Of a DNA stretch of 64,000 nucleotides, positions 29,372 through 39,320 are shown in pieces. The notes beneath the pieces were generated by a model, which had not been told where the DNA came from, made no database searches, and saw only the letters and a list, made by a program, of their open reading frames with translations. The position numbers and the translations under genes are program-made. Location of the stretch: contig CAWJMT010000003.1 of the NCBI GenBank assembly GCA_963844035.1, forward strand, positions 64,001 to 128,000, given 5' to 3'. This stretch comes from an uncultured Gemmatimonadales bacterium. GTDB lineage: Bacteria > Gemmatimonadota > Gemmatimonadetes > Gemmatimonadales > GWC2-71-9. Each line of letters begins with the position of its first letter. The stretch's first letter is position 1.

Positions 29372-30922
29372 GTGAGCGAGCGCAAGCCGTTCTACGAACC
29401 GTCTGACTGGCCGGGGGATCCCGAGCGCGAGCTGGGGGCCCCCGGTTCGTTTCCCTACACCCGCGGCGTGCACCCCACGATGTACCGCGGCAAGCTGTGG
29501 ACGATGCGCCAGTACGCCGGGTTCGGCACCCCGGAAGAGACCAACGCGCGGTTCCGCCACCTCCTCGCCGCCGGTCAGACCGGCCTCTCGGTCGCGTTCG
29601 ATCTCCCCACCCAGATGGGCTACGACTCCGATCATCCCAAGGCGCTGGGCGAAGTGGGCCGGGCAGGGGTTGCCATCTCGACCGTGGACGACCTCGGCCG
29701 GTTGCTGGACGAGATTCCGCTCGACCGCGTGTCCACCTCCATGACCATCAACGCAACCGCACCGATTCTGCTGGCGATGTACGTCGTGCTGGGGGAGGAG
29801 CGCGGGGTGCCGCGGGCCAAGCTCTCGGGCACGGTGCAGAACGACATCTTGAAGGAGTTCATCGCGCGCGGCACGTACATCTATCCACTCGAGCCGTCGC
29901 TGCGCCTGGTGACCGACCTGCTGCGGTTCGTCACCGAGCAGCGCATGGGGTTCAATCCGATTTCGATTTCGGGCTATCACATGCGCGAGGCGGGGGCGAC
30001 GGCGGTGCAGGAGCTGGCGTACACCTTTGCGGACGGGCTCGAGTATCTGCGGCGCGCGGTGGGGGCGGGGATTGCGATCGGCGACCTGGCGCCGCGGCTG
30101 TCGTTTTTCTTCGCCGCCTTCACCGATCTGTTCGAGGAGGTCGCCAAGTTCCGCGCGGCGCGGCGGCTCTGGGCTCGCCTCATGAAGGAACAGTTCAGGG
30201 CGGACGATGCGGCGTGCCGGCTGCGGTTTCACGTCCAGACCGGCGGCTCGACGCTCACGGCGCAGCAGCCCCAGAACAACGTGGTGCGGGTCGCGATCCA
30301 GGCGCTCGCCGCGGTGCTGGGCGGGACGCAGTCGCTGCACACCAACGCGTACGATGAGGCGCTGGCGTTACCGACCGAGCAGAACGCCACCCTCGCGCTG
30401 CGCACCCAGCAGCTGCTCGCCCACGAGACCGGCGTGGCCAGTGTGGTCGACCCACTCGGCGGGAGCTGGTACGTCGAAGCACTCACCGACAAGGTGGAGC
30501 GCGAGGCGCGGGCGTTGCTTGACGACATCGAGCGGGCTGGCGGCGCGGCGCGGGCGATCGAGCGCGGCACCATTCAGCAGGCGATCGCGGCAAGCGCGTA
30601 CGCGCAGCAGCAGGCGATCGAGTCGGGGGCGGTGGAGGTGGTGGGGGTGAATCTCCACGCCGAGGATCAGGTCGTGCCGTCGGTGGCGGCGCCGGATTAT
30701 CAGGCGTTGGCGGCGCAGCAGGTGCGGCGGCTCGCCGAGGCGCGCGGCAAACGCGACGCGGGGCGGGTGGCGGGGGCGCTGGCGGCGTTGAAGGCGGCGG
30801 CGAACAAGGCCGAAGCGCCGTTGATGCCGGTGATTGTCGATGCCGTCCGTGTACGGGCCACCGTGGGGGAAATCAGCGATGCGTTGCGGGGCGTGTGGGG
30901 GGAATACCGCGAGGGCACCTAG
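29372..30922 (+). CDS. Methylmalonyl-CoA mutase large (substrate-binding) subunit, no B12 domain
   Basis: PYTRGVHPTMY, WTMRQYAGFG, QNDILKEFIARG, SISGYH and SLHTNAYDEAL; no DxHxxG motif seen. Confidence 0.92.
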   Translation: MSERKPFYEPSDWPGDPERELGAPGSFPYTRGVHPTMYRGKLWTMRQYAGFGTPEETNARFRHLLAAGQTGLSVAFDLPTQMGYDSDHPKALGEVGRAGVAISTVDDLGRLLDEIPLDRVSTSMTINATAPILLAMYVVLGEERGVPRAKLSGTVQNDILKEFIARGTYIYPLEPSLRLVTDLLRFVTEQRMGFNPISISGYHMREAGATAVQELAYTFADGLEYLRRAVGAGIAIGDLAPRLSFFFAAFTDLFEEVAKFRAARRLWARLMKEQFRADDAACRLRFHVQTGGSTLTAQQPQNNVVRVAIQALAAVLGGTQSLHTNAYDEALALPTEQNATLALRTQQLLAHETGVASVVDPLGGSWYVEALTDKVEREARALLDDIERAGGAARAIERGTIQQAIAASAYAQQQAIESGAVEVVGVNLHAEDQVVPSVAAPDYQALAAQQVRRLAEARGKRDAGRVAGALAALKAAANKAEAPLMPVIVDAVRVRATVGEISDALRGVWGEYREGT

Positions 30923-31012
30923 GGATCCGCCTTGCTTGCGGGTTGGTGTCCGTCACGCGATTCTCCCTATCTCGACGCGCCGCAATAGTAGACGGGCCAA
31001 CCAGGAGAGAGC

Positions 31013-31981
31013 ATGCCAGGCACCAAGGTGAGGTCGACCGCGAAGCCGGCAGGTCACGTGGAGGTCGAGTCGACCAAGTCATGGGCCGGCAGAGTCCCGC
31101 AGATCAAGCAGGGCACCTACGCCGACGGCCTTCCGTTCGACGAGCTCCACTATCTCTGCTGCAAGCTGGTGCTGAAGCCCAATCGGTTTACCTCCCGGGA
31201 GAGCCTGTTCGAGTTCGGTGACGTGTTGCGTACGCCCGCCGAGGAGCACGGCGTGGTCTTCAAGACCAAGAAATTCCACGGCGTGCCGCTCCAGATCCGC
31301 GAAGTGTTGTTCGTGGACACGGCGGACTTTCGCCTCTACAACAACGCCTTCATCCTCCGGCGGCGGATTCCCTATACGGACGGGTTTCCGAGCGGCGATC
31401 CCGAGATCGTGTTCAAGTTCCGCCACTCGGACGTTCAGCAGGCAGCCGAAACGGACGTGCGGCCGCAGATCCGCGGGACCCACCGGGTCAAGTTCAAGTG
31501 CCAGGCGTTGCCGCTCAAGGATCGGCTGGGCGGGATTCGGCTGCTCTTCTCCCACAACGTGCAGTTTCCCCGGTCGCAAATGGGGGACGGTGGAGTCATG
31601 TCGATGGACGCGATGACGCGAATCTTCCCCGTACTCGAGCGACTGCGAAAGGAGCCGGGCGAGAACATCACACTGGTTAGCGACACCATCATTGAGGAGG
31701 TACTCCAGGACATCGGAGAGCTCGATTTCGGGGAGGGCATGCGGGCGACGACCAACGTCTCGCTGTGGCGCACCCGGGGCGAACATCGCCCACTGATCGG
31801 GGAGTTCTCATTCCAAATTCGGTTCGAGAACCGCAAAGACCTCGCGCGGGCCGCGCTGCAGCGGGCGGAGGCGTTCTTCGTGGCATTGCAGTTCGCGGCC
31901 AGCGACTGGATTTCGCTCAACGCCACGAAGACCGGGGTCGTGTACCGGCTGCACGGCAATCCTCCCAAGGCGCACGAGTGA
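31013..31981 (+). CDS. Hypothetical protein, CYTH/triphosphate-tunnel-like
   Basis: RBS AGGAG; FVDTADFRLYNNAFILRRR, EIVFKFR and GEFSF resemble CYTH strands. Confidence 0.6.
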   Translation: MPGTKVRSTAKPAGHVEVESTKSWAGRVPQIKQGTYADGLPFDELHYLCCKLVLKPNRFTSRESLFEFGDVLRTPAEEHGVVFKTKKFHGVPLQIREVLFVDTADFRLYNNAFILRRRIPYTDGFPSGDPEIVFKFRHSDVQQAAETDVRPQIRGTHRVKFKCQALPLKDRLGGIRLLFSHNVQFPRSQMGDGGVMSMDAMTRIFPVLERLRKEPGENITLVSDTIIEEVLQDIGELDFGEGMRATTNVSLWRTRGEHRPLIGEFSFQIRFENRKDLARAALQRAEAFFVALQFAASDWISLNATKTGVVYRLHGNPPKAHE

Positions 31982-32493
31982 GTGGGCTGAGCCACGAGCG
32001 TTTCCTCGGCGTTCGCTTCGCGGTCAACGTATTCATCGCCACGACCATCGTCTGGTTCGGTCTGCGGCTCGTCGGGGACAGCAACCCGATCTGGGCCATC
32101 GCCTCCATGGTCGCGGCGGCGGATCCGGATCCTGAGGAGGCGCGCCGGATGTTCAAGAGCCGCCTCATCAACGTGCTGGTCGGCTGCACGGTGGGACTCG
32201 TGTTCCTCGTGGTCGGCACGAGCCCCTGGGAGCTTCCTCTCGCGTTGGCCGTTACCGTGCTCATCTCCAGCTACGTCGTCCGCGTCAAGACGATGTGGCG
32301 TCAGGGTCCGATCACGGCGGCGGTGGTCATCGCGGCGGCACTAACCAACGAATCGGCCGAGATCGGCATGCGGCAAGGCCTGCACAAAGTCGCCGAGGTC
32401 ATCTTTGGGTGTCTCGTCGGGATGCTGGTGAGCGTATTCATGGCGCAACTGTGGCGCGCCCCGCCGCCGAAGGAAGGAGACACGGGCGCGTGA
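31978..32493 (+). CDS. FUSC / aromatic acid exporter family membrane protein
   Basis: PIWAIAS, SRLINVLVGCTVG and KVAEVIFG; start overlaps the upstream stop. Confidence 0.75.
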   Translation: MSGLSHERFLGVRFAVNVFIATTIVWFGLRLVGDSNPIWAIASMVAAADPDPEEARRMFKSRLINVLVGCTVGLVFLVVGTSPWELPLALAVTVLISSYVVRVKTMWRQGPITAAVVIAAALTNESAEIGMRQGLHKVAEVIFGCLVGMLVSVFMAQLWRAPPPKEGDTGA

Positions 32494-32554
32494 ATCGCGC
32501 GGGGACGTGCGTACCGCGATGATCTGCACATCAATCACCTGGGAGAAACGCGGC

Positions 32555-33067
32555 ATGCGAATCGGAATGCTGGGCGCCGTAGCGATGCTCGTGGCAATGC
32601 CGGGTCGAGCGTGGGGACAGGGCTCCGGGGACGCGGGCCTCGAGACCTATGAGCTCACGATGCCGAACATTCGCAAGATGGCTGCCGCGTACGAACGGCT
32701 GGACGCGGCGCTCACCGCCAACCCCTCGGTCGGCCGCAGCGTCGCGAGCGACGAGGGCGTCACCTCCGTGGCGGACGTGATTGCGAAGCTCGAGCGCGAG
32801 CCGGTGGTCCACCAGGCGATTGCGGCGGCCGGAATCACCACGCGCGACATGGTGCTCACCCAGTTCGCCACGTTCACGGCGGCGGTGAACGACTTCGCGG
32901 TGCGGTCCGGAGCGCCGGCGCCCACCGCGCCGGCGGCCGTTGCCAACCTGGAGTTGTTCCAGCAGAACCGGACCGAGCTCGACCAGATCACCGCGCGGCT
33001 GAAGCGGCTCCCGAGCTGGCAGGCGCTCCAGGCGGGGGAGGAGGGCGTGGAAGTGGAGGAGGACTAG
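32555..33067 (+). CDS. Secreted helical hypothetical protein
   Basis: Signal peptide AWG-Q; RBS GGAG. Confidence 0.7.
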   Translation: MRIGMLGAVAMLVAMPGRAWGQGSGDAGLETYELTMPNIRKMAAAYERLDAALTANPSVGRSVASDEGVTSVADVIAKLEREPVVHQAIAAAGITTRDMVLTQFATFTAAVNDFAVRSGAPAPTAPAAVANLELFQQNRTELDQITARLKRLPSWQALQAGEEGVEVEED

Positions 33068-33069
33068 AT

Positions 33070-33388
33070 GTGACGTTTTCCCTCTTCCAATCGAGCAGTC
33101 AATCGACGTTGGAGGTCGATCCGCTCCTGTCTTTGTTCACGGGCGTGCGCGTCGCGCTCTCACCGGCGTCGACCCACATGTATCTACACGGTTCCGTCGG
33201 CGTGTTCGCTCCCAGCGAGGAGGGGTCCGACCGCGGGGGGCGTCGGAATCGGCGTCGGGATTCGTAACCCCCGGGTGTTCGGGGAGATCGCCTACACGCA
33301 CGGGTTCGAGGCGCACGACAACGGGGGGCAAGTCGATGGCTTCGGCTACGGGTCGTTCCGATTTGGTGTCGTTCTCGGCTCTCGGTGA
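33070..33388 (+). pseudogene. Fragment of a small beta-barrel-like protein (no signal peptide, frameshift near 33240)
   Basis: Joined frames give LFTGVRVAL..YLHGSVGV..VGIGVGIR..VFGEIAYTH..GSFRFGVVLGSR*. Confidence 0.4.
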
Positions 33389-33669
33389 ATCTGCGGCGTC
33401 GTTCCTTCGCTATCGTCGTTTTCCTCCTTGCTCTCATCGTCTCTGCCGCGGCCTTCAACCGGATGGACAGCGTGCCCGGTCTCATTGTGATAGCGCCTGG
33501 CTACCTGGTACAGGCATGGCTGTTCGAGCGGAATTGGGCGTTAGGCGGGGCCGGCTATCGGGCAACGATGATCGGGGTGTCGGCACTGTTTTGGACCCTG
33601 TTTGTCCTGACGCGCCGTATGGTCAGTCCGCTGGCTTGCATCCCGGGTGTTGCGTGGGCGCGGCCCTAA
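33385..33669 (+). CDS. Small membrane protein
   Basis: 94 aa hydrophobic ORF. Confidence 0.5.
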   Translation: MNLRRRSFAIVVFLLALIVSAAAFNRMDSVPGLIVIAPGYLVQAWLFERNWALGGAGYRATMIGVSALFWTLFVLTRRMVSPLACIPGVAWARP

Positions 33670-33775
33670 CCAAGTCTCGGGCCGCGATGGTGGGACCTTC
33701 GAGCAGATGCGAGCGGGGTGCAAAGCGGCGACGTATACTCGGAGGAAGTCACTGTCGTCCTGCGCGAGGTAGCCG

Positions 33776-34276
33776 ATGCCCACTATTTGCCGCCTGATCC
33801 AGTTGGCACCGGCAGAATGTGAGGCGCTCCGGGCGGACCCTGGGAGCCTCACGGAGTGCGTGGCCGAGGCAAAGGTGCACTCGGACGTGTATCGCTATTG
33901 GGATGGCATTCAATTTCTGCTCAGCCGCCACAGTCCCGATAGCGTGGCTGCTCAGTGGCTCGACCTTGGCCGGCCAATTCGTAGTCCCGATCCGTCTCTT
34001 CCCGACGACCGCCTCATCCTTCCTCCCGACGTCGCGGCGCTCGATGCGGCGCTCAGAGACGTGGCGCCGGATGATCTAGCGGCGCACTACGATGCCGGCG
34101 CAATGGATGCCGACAATATCTATCCCGGAACGTGGCAGGTGTGGGAGGAGAACTTCGATCCGCTGGGCCAGGTACTGGAGCACTATTTCTTCCTGCAGCA
34201 ATTCGTTGCGCGATGCGCGGGGGCACAGGAAGCGCTCTTGCTGCACTTCGACGCCCTGGCTGAAGGCAGCGTGTGA
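33776..34276 (+). CDS. YfbM/DUF1877-family protein
   Basis: DVYRYWDGIQFLL, YDAGAMDADNIYPGTW and C-terminal ALLL. Confidence 0.75.
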   Translation: MPTICRLIQLAPAECEALRADPGSLTECVAEAKVHSDVYRYWDGIQFLLSRHSPDSVAAQWLDLGRPIRSPDPSLPDDRLILPPDVAALDAALRDVAPDDLAAHYDAGAMDADNIYPGTWQVWEENFDPLGQVLEHYFFLQQFVARCAGAQEALLLHFDALAEGSV

Positions 34277-34368
34277 CTGGGCCCGAGATCCTGCCCTTTG
34301 GTGCACCTTCCCCGGGGACGCGGGGTCAGTATTTTGGGGGTCAGTTATCCCCAACCCAGGAGACTTGC

Positions 34369-34926
34369 ATGACCCGTACGATTCAGGCCGCAGCGTTGCT
34401 CGCCATCGGTGCCTTCCTCTTGATGCCCGTTTCGATGGCCGCCCAGGGGGCACCGCGCCCGGCCAGTCAGCCCGCGGCCGCTCCCGCTACCGCTCCCGCT
34501 ACCGCGGCGCCCACGATGGCCTCGGATGAGGACATCCAGATGCTGCGCGCGGACATCCGCGCCAAGCGGAAACAGATCGTGGCGGCAAACATGACGCTGA
34601 CCGCGGACGAGGCCACCCGGTTCTGGCCGCTGTTCGACCAGTACACGGGTGAGGTGAGGAAGATCAACGATACGCGCTGGGAGATGATGAAGGAGTACGC
34701 CGCGGCAAAAGGAAATCTGACTGACGCGCAGGCGTTGGATCACATGAAGAAGTCGGCCGCCGTCGACGCCGAGCTGGTCGCGCTCCGGACCAAGTACATG
34801 CCGCAGTTCGAGAAGCTGATCCCGGCCAAGAAGGTCGTGGTGCTGTATCAGCTCGACCGCCGGATGGACTTGCTCATGAATCTGCAGATCGCGCAGCTCA
34901 TTCCGCTGGTCGATCCGACGCGCTAA
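34369..34926 (+). CDS. Secreted helical hypothetical protein
   Basis: Signal peptide, PA-rich linker, LTADEATRFWPLFDQY; RBS AGGAG. Confidence 0.75.
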   Translation: MTRTIQAAALLAIGAFLLMPVSMAAQGAPRPASQPAAAPATAPATAAPTMASDEDIQMLRADIRAKRKQIVAANMTLTADEATRFWPLFDQYTGEVRKINDTRWEMMKEYAAAKGNLTDAQALDHMKKSAAVDAELVALRTKYMPQFEKLIPAKKVVVLYQLDRRMDLLMNLQIAQLIPLVDPTR

Positions 34927-34949
34927 CGGGGCGGAACGGAAAGCACACT

Positions 34950-34976
34950 GGGGCGCCCGGCCATGCGGGGCGCCCC
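34950..34976 (+). terminator. GC hairpin, possible terminator
   Basis: GGGGCGCCC...GGGCGCCCC 9-bp stem; U-tract is weak. Confidence 0.4.
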
Positions 34977-35080
34977 TTCGACTATCAGGCGGGTGAAGGT
35001 GGCGGCGCGGCGCCGTCACAGTAGAATAGCGGGTGTGCGCCAGCATCCTTCGGTACCCTCGCTATCGTTTTCTCGTCGAG

Positions 35081-35731
35081 ATGACGTGCTGCCACCGCTG
35101 CGACGCGGCGGAGCAATTCGATGACCGGATCGCCCGGCGCGATCTGCGACGGTTCCGCCGTCGCGGCCCCGACGCGCCGACGCAACGGCTGATTGAGGGC
35201 GTGCTGAGCCGTCCTGTTCCCGCCGCAGGATCGCTCCTCGACATCGGTGGCGGCATCGGCGCCATTCATCATGCGCTGCTCGATAAGGGATTCGCGAGCG
35301 CCACGCATGTCGACGCGTCCCAGGCCTATCTCAGCGTTGCCGCCAACGAGGCTCAGCGGTTGGGGCACGGTACGCGGGTGCAGTTCCAACTCGCGGATTT
35401 CCCGAACGATGCGGCCGGCGTGCCGGCAGCCGACGTCGTCACCCTTGATCGGGTGGTTTGTTGCAATCCTGACTACGTCGCGATGTTGAGCGCCGCTGCC
35501 GGCCACGCCCGCCGCCTGCTCGCCTTCAGCTATCCGCGCAACCGTCTGCTCACGAGGATCGTGGTCGCAACTGCCAACGGGTTTCGTGGCATGCTGCGCC
35601 GGCCATTCAGGGCGTATGTGCACCCCCCGGCTGCGATGAGGGCAGAGGTTGAGGCCACCGGGATGCGCCTCGGCTGGACCGGTGGCACCTGGGTCTGGGC
35701 CGTCGAGATCTATGAGCGCACGGCCTGCTGA
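35081..35731 (+). CDS. Class I SAM-dependent methyltransferase
   Basis: LLDIGGGIG and DVVTLDRVVCC. Confidence 0.85.
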   Translation: MTCCHRCDAAEQFDDRIARRDLRRFRRRGPDAPTQRLIEGVLSRPVPAAGSLLDIGGGIGAIHHALLDKGFASATHVDASQAYLSVAANEAQRLGHGTRVQFQLADFPNDAAGVPAADVVTLDRVVCCNPDYVAMLSAAAGHARRLLAFSYPRNRLLTRIVVATANGFRGMLRRPFRAYVHPPAAMRAEVEATGMRLGWTGGTWVWAVEIYERTAC

Positions 35732-36233
35732 CCTCGGAGCGACGCTGCTCGCCGCGTGGCGGACGAACAACCGGGTCACCGTCGCCCTGGTCCAGCAGCT
35801 GCCGGCCGCACTGTGGGATGTCGCCGTGCCTGGGCGCACGATTCGCGCGATCGCGGCCCACCTGCACAACGCCCGCTGCATGTGGATCAAGACGCTGGGG
35901 CGCGAGCACGGGATCACCACGCCCACTCGCGTCGATCACGCCCGCGTCACGCGCCGGCAGCTCGTCGCGGCGTTGAAGCGCAGCAGCGAGGGGATCGAAG
36001 CGTTGCTCAAGTTGGGCCTCGCTGCGGGTGGTCAGGTGCCACCATCCAAGGGGTATGTGTGGCGCAACCTGTCGCTCGACGTGGCCCATGTGCTCACCTA
36101 CTTCGTGGCGCATGAGGGTCATCACCGTGGTCAAATCGTCATGGTGGCCCGCCAGACCGGGCACCGGTTGACCCCTGCGGCCGCGGGTGCGTTGTGGCGA
36201 TGGAAGACCGACGCGATAAAGCGGCGGCGCTGA
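35712..36233 (+). CDS. DinB-family protein
   Basis: AHLHNAR and HEGHHRGQI histidine triad. Confidence 0.85.
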   Translation: MSARPADLGATLLAAWRTNNRVTVALVQQLPAALWDVAVPGRTIRAIAAHLHNARCMWIKTLGREHGITTPTRVDHARVTRRQLVAALKRSSEGIEALLKLGLAAGGQVPPSKGYVWRNLSLDVAHVLTYFVAHEGHHRGQIVMVARQTGHRLTPAAAGALWRWKTDAIKRRR

Positions 36234-36265
36234 CGCCGCCCCGAGTTGGCAACGAGGTGGTACGC

Positions 36266-37057
36266 GTGGCCCCTGATGTGTGGGATGACGGTTCCAGGTA
36301 CGAGCCGTATATCGGGCGGTGGAGTCGGCTCGTGGCGGCCGAGTTTCTTCGCTGGTTGGCTGTCCCCGCCGGCGCCGCGTGGTGCGACTTTGGCTGCGGG
36401 ACCGGGGCGCTCACGCAGGCGATCCTGGCTGACTGGCAGCCACGGCTGGTGATCGGGTGTGATCGCTCCACGGGATACATCACGTTTGCCCGCGACCATA
36501 CGCGCGATCCGCGCGCCGAGTTCGTCGTCGCCGAGCTCCCCGACCTGCCGCGACGCGAGGGTGGGTTCGATGCCCTCGTCTCCGGACTGGTGCTCAACTT
36601 CCTGCCGACTCCCAGTGATGCAGTTCAGGCGTTAGCGGCCCGGGCGCGACACGGGGCGACGGTGGCCGCCTACGTCTGGGACTACGCCGACGGCATGCAG
36701 ATGTTGCGCGTCTTCTGGGACGCGGCCATTACGCTGGACGCGGGCGCGCGGCCGCTCGCCGAGGGCGTGCGGTTCCCGCTGTGCCGGCCGGAGCCGCTCG
36801 GGGAGCTGTTCCAGACGGCGGGCCTGCGCCAGGTGGAAGTCGAGCCGATCGTGGTTGCGACGGTGTTCCGAAACTTTGACGACTACTGGACGCCCTTCCT
36901 CGGGGGCCAGGCACCTGCTCCGGGATACGCCCGGGGCCTCACGCCTGAGCGGCGCGCACTGCTTCGGGATCGCATCCGGGAGCGCCTTCCCATCGCGCCC
37001 GACGGGTCGATTCCTCTCAGTGCCCGGGCCTGGGCGGTGAGAGGGATTGTTGCGTGA
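36266..37057 (+). CDS. Class I SAM-dependent methyltransferase
   Basis: YIGRWS, DFGCGTGAL, SGLVLNF and YVWDY. Confidence 0.88.
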   Translation: MAPDVWDDGSRYEPYIGRWSRLVAAEFLRWLAVPAGAAWCDFGCGTGALTQAILADWQPRLVIGCDRSTGYITFARDHTRDPRAEFVVAELPDLPRREGGFDALVSGLVLNFLPTPSDAVQALAARARHGATVAAYVWDYADGMQMLRVFWDAAITLDAGARPLAEGVRFPLCRPEPLGELFQTAGLRQVEVEPIVVATVFRNFDDYWTPFLGGQAPAPGYARGLTPERRALLRDRIRERLPIAPDGSIPLSARAWAVRGIVA

Positions 37058-37096
37058 GAGACGTCAACTCTCCCATTGCGCAGCAAGGAGATTGGT

Positions 37097-37414
37097 ATGG
37101 AGATCCATGAATTGGCGCGCTACGAGGTGCGAGCGGACGCGCTCGAGGAGTGCCTCGCGGCGATCCACGAGTTCGTCGCCTACGTACGCTCGAGCGAGCC
37201 CGGTGCGCTGCGCTACGAGGTGTGGCAGGAATCGGGGCACCCGACGCGCTTCGTCCACATCTTCGTGTGGCGCGACGCAGAGGCGAACCGCATCCATGGA
37301 GAATCAGCGGCAGTCAAGAAGTTTGCCGGGATCCTGTACCCCAGGTGCCTGGCGCCCGTTGAATTCATCGAGTACAAGCAGGTCGATGCCAATGCGGCGT
37401 TCCGGCGTGTCTAG
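37097..37414 (+). CDS. ABM / putative quinol monooxygenase family protein
   Basis: SEPGALRYEV...W...H pattern, 105 aa, RBS AAGGAG. Confidence 0.8.
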   Translation: MEIHELARYEVRADALEECLAAIHEFVAYVRSSEPGALRYEVWQESGHPTRFVHIFVWRDAEANRIHGESAAVKKFAGILYPRCLAPVEFIEYKQVDANAAFRRV

Positions 37415-37487
37415 TTCGAGCTGGGGGCCCTACCGCGAGCCGCTGCGCGTTCTGGCGGCGCGGTGCCCTCGAGGCAAGATTGCACGC

Positions 37488-37934
37488 ATGTCTCACCTCT
37501 TGCGTCGTCTGGCCGTCCTCGGACTTGTCGCGGCGTGCGCGCCTGACGGAATTCCCGAACCACCCAGCGGGCTACCCTACTCGGCAGCGACACCCGCCTG
37601 CGGGCCCGCGGACGGTCCGGCGGTCGCGATCTATCTCTCCCCCAACCCCGTCACCTCGTTGGAGCCGGCGACCCCATTCGTCCACGTGGCAGTGTGGCAG
37701 CCGCTCGACCGTCTCGAGGACCAGTCCTGGACGCTCGGCGCAGGTGCGGGAACGGCCTCGTACTTCTCGACCCCCAACGAGCTCGAAAGCGCGACCGCCG
37801 GGTCGGTGACGGTCAGTGCCGTCGATCCCGATTCGACGGTACGGGGCTCGGTCGAGCTCACGTTCCCGACGCACGGCAAGATCGCGGGCGGGTTCCAGGC
37901 GCACTGGATCCCCGTTGCGCTTCGCTGCGGGTAG
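37488..37934 (+). CDS. Hypothetical lipoprotein
   Basis: Lipobox VAAC; CGPADGPAV. Confidence 0.65.
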   Translation: MSHLLRRLAVLGLVAACAPDGIPEPPSGLPYSAATPACGPADGPAVAIYLSPNPVTSLEPATPFVHVAVWQPLDRLEDQSWTLGAGAGTASYFSTPNELESATAGSVTVSAVDPDSTVRGSVELTFPTHGKIAGGFQAHWIPVALRCG

Positions 37935-38156
37935 TCGCAGAGACGTAGACACGTAGGGCCCGCCGCTACTCTCCTTTCCGTTCACCGCTCGTAGCAGCAC
38001 CAAAGTGCTATGTGGGGTTGTGGTCGCCCGATGCATACTCGGTGCAATGGGAAACGCCCCCGCGAATAGAGTTCTGGCGACACGCAGACCGGTGACGGCC
38101 GTCTGCCGCACGTAAGCAAGCCAGCGCTCCTGTCGGAGCGGCCGGACTTCTCGCTG

Positions 38157-39301
38157 GTGCTCGGGGGTCCGCTGTTTCAGCTCCTCCGGCGCGCCCGTCT
38201 GAGCGGCAATGCGCTGGAGCTGCTGCAGCGCCGCATGATCGTCATCTCGTGCGTCGCCTGGGTGCCGTTGTTGCTGTTGTCGCTGGCGGCGGGCCACGCC
38301 CTCGGCGGCACCCTCGAGATTCCGTTCCTTTACGACGTCGAAGCCCATGCCCGCTTCCTGATCGCGCTCCCGCTGCTCATCGCGGCCGAGCTGGTCGTCC
38401 ATATGCGGATGCGCCCCGTCGTCGTGCAGTTCTTGGAACGCCGCATCATTGCGGATGAAGAAATGCCGAAGTTCCGCGCGGCGATTGAATCCACGCTGCG
38501 GCTGCGCAACTCCCTTGTGGGAGAAGTGAGTCTGGCGGTGGTGGTCTACTCAGTAGGCATCTGGGTCTGGCGCAGCCGGTCCGCCATCGCGACCGCCAGC
38601 TGGTATGCCATCCCGGGCGCGAATGGGATGGAGCCCACCTGGGCCGGATATTGGTACGTCCTCGTGAGCGTCCCGATCTTTCAGTTCATCGTGCTGCGAT
38701 GGTATCTGCGGTTTTGCCTCTGGTTCTGGTTCCTGTGGAAGGTCTCCCGGCTCAACCTGCGGCTGATTCCCATCCACCCCGACCGGACCGCCGGGCTGAG
38801 CTTTCTCGCCAACAGCACCAACGCCTTCGTGCCGATTCTGTTCGCCCAGGGCGCGTCGCTCGCCGGCATGGTCGCCAACCAGATCTTCTACGCCGGACAG
38901 ACGCTGCCGGACTTCAAGGCGGAAATCGCCGCCTTCGTGGGCTTTTTCGTCGTCGCGATCCTGACCCCGCTGACGGTGTTCGCTCCGCAGCTGGCGCGCA
39001 TCAGACGCCAGGGGCTGCGCGAGTTCGGCAAGCTGGCGAGCCGGTACGTGGACGAGTTCGAGGCGAAGTGGATGCAACGACCGGGCGACAGAGGGGGAGC
39101 TGTTGGGGAGCGGCGACATCCAGTCGCTCGCCGACCTGGGCAACAGCTATGCCCCCATCCAGGAAATGCGCTTCGTGCCGTACGGAATGAAGGACGTCAC
39201 GCGGCTTGCGGTGGCTGCGGCTGCTGCCGCTGCTGCCGTTGACGCTGACGATGTTTTCAGTGGAACAGGTGGTGGCGCAGCTGGTCAAGGTGTTGTTGTG
39301 A
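38157..39301 (+). CDS. Polytopic membrane protein of unknown function (start uncertain, frameshifted)
   Basis: DFSLVLGGPL, HPDRTAGL and DIQSLADL; multiple TMs; directly upstream of the sulfatase. Confidence 0.75.
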
Positions 39302-39320
39302 CAAACTCTTGGGAGGGGCA

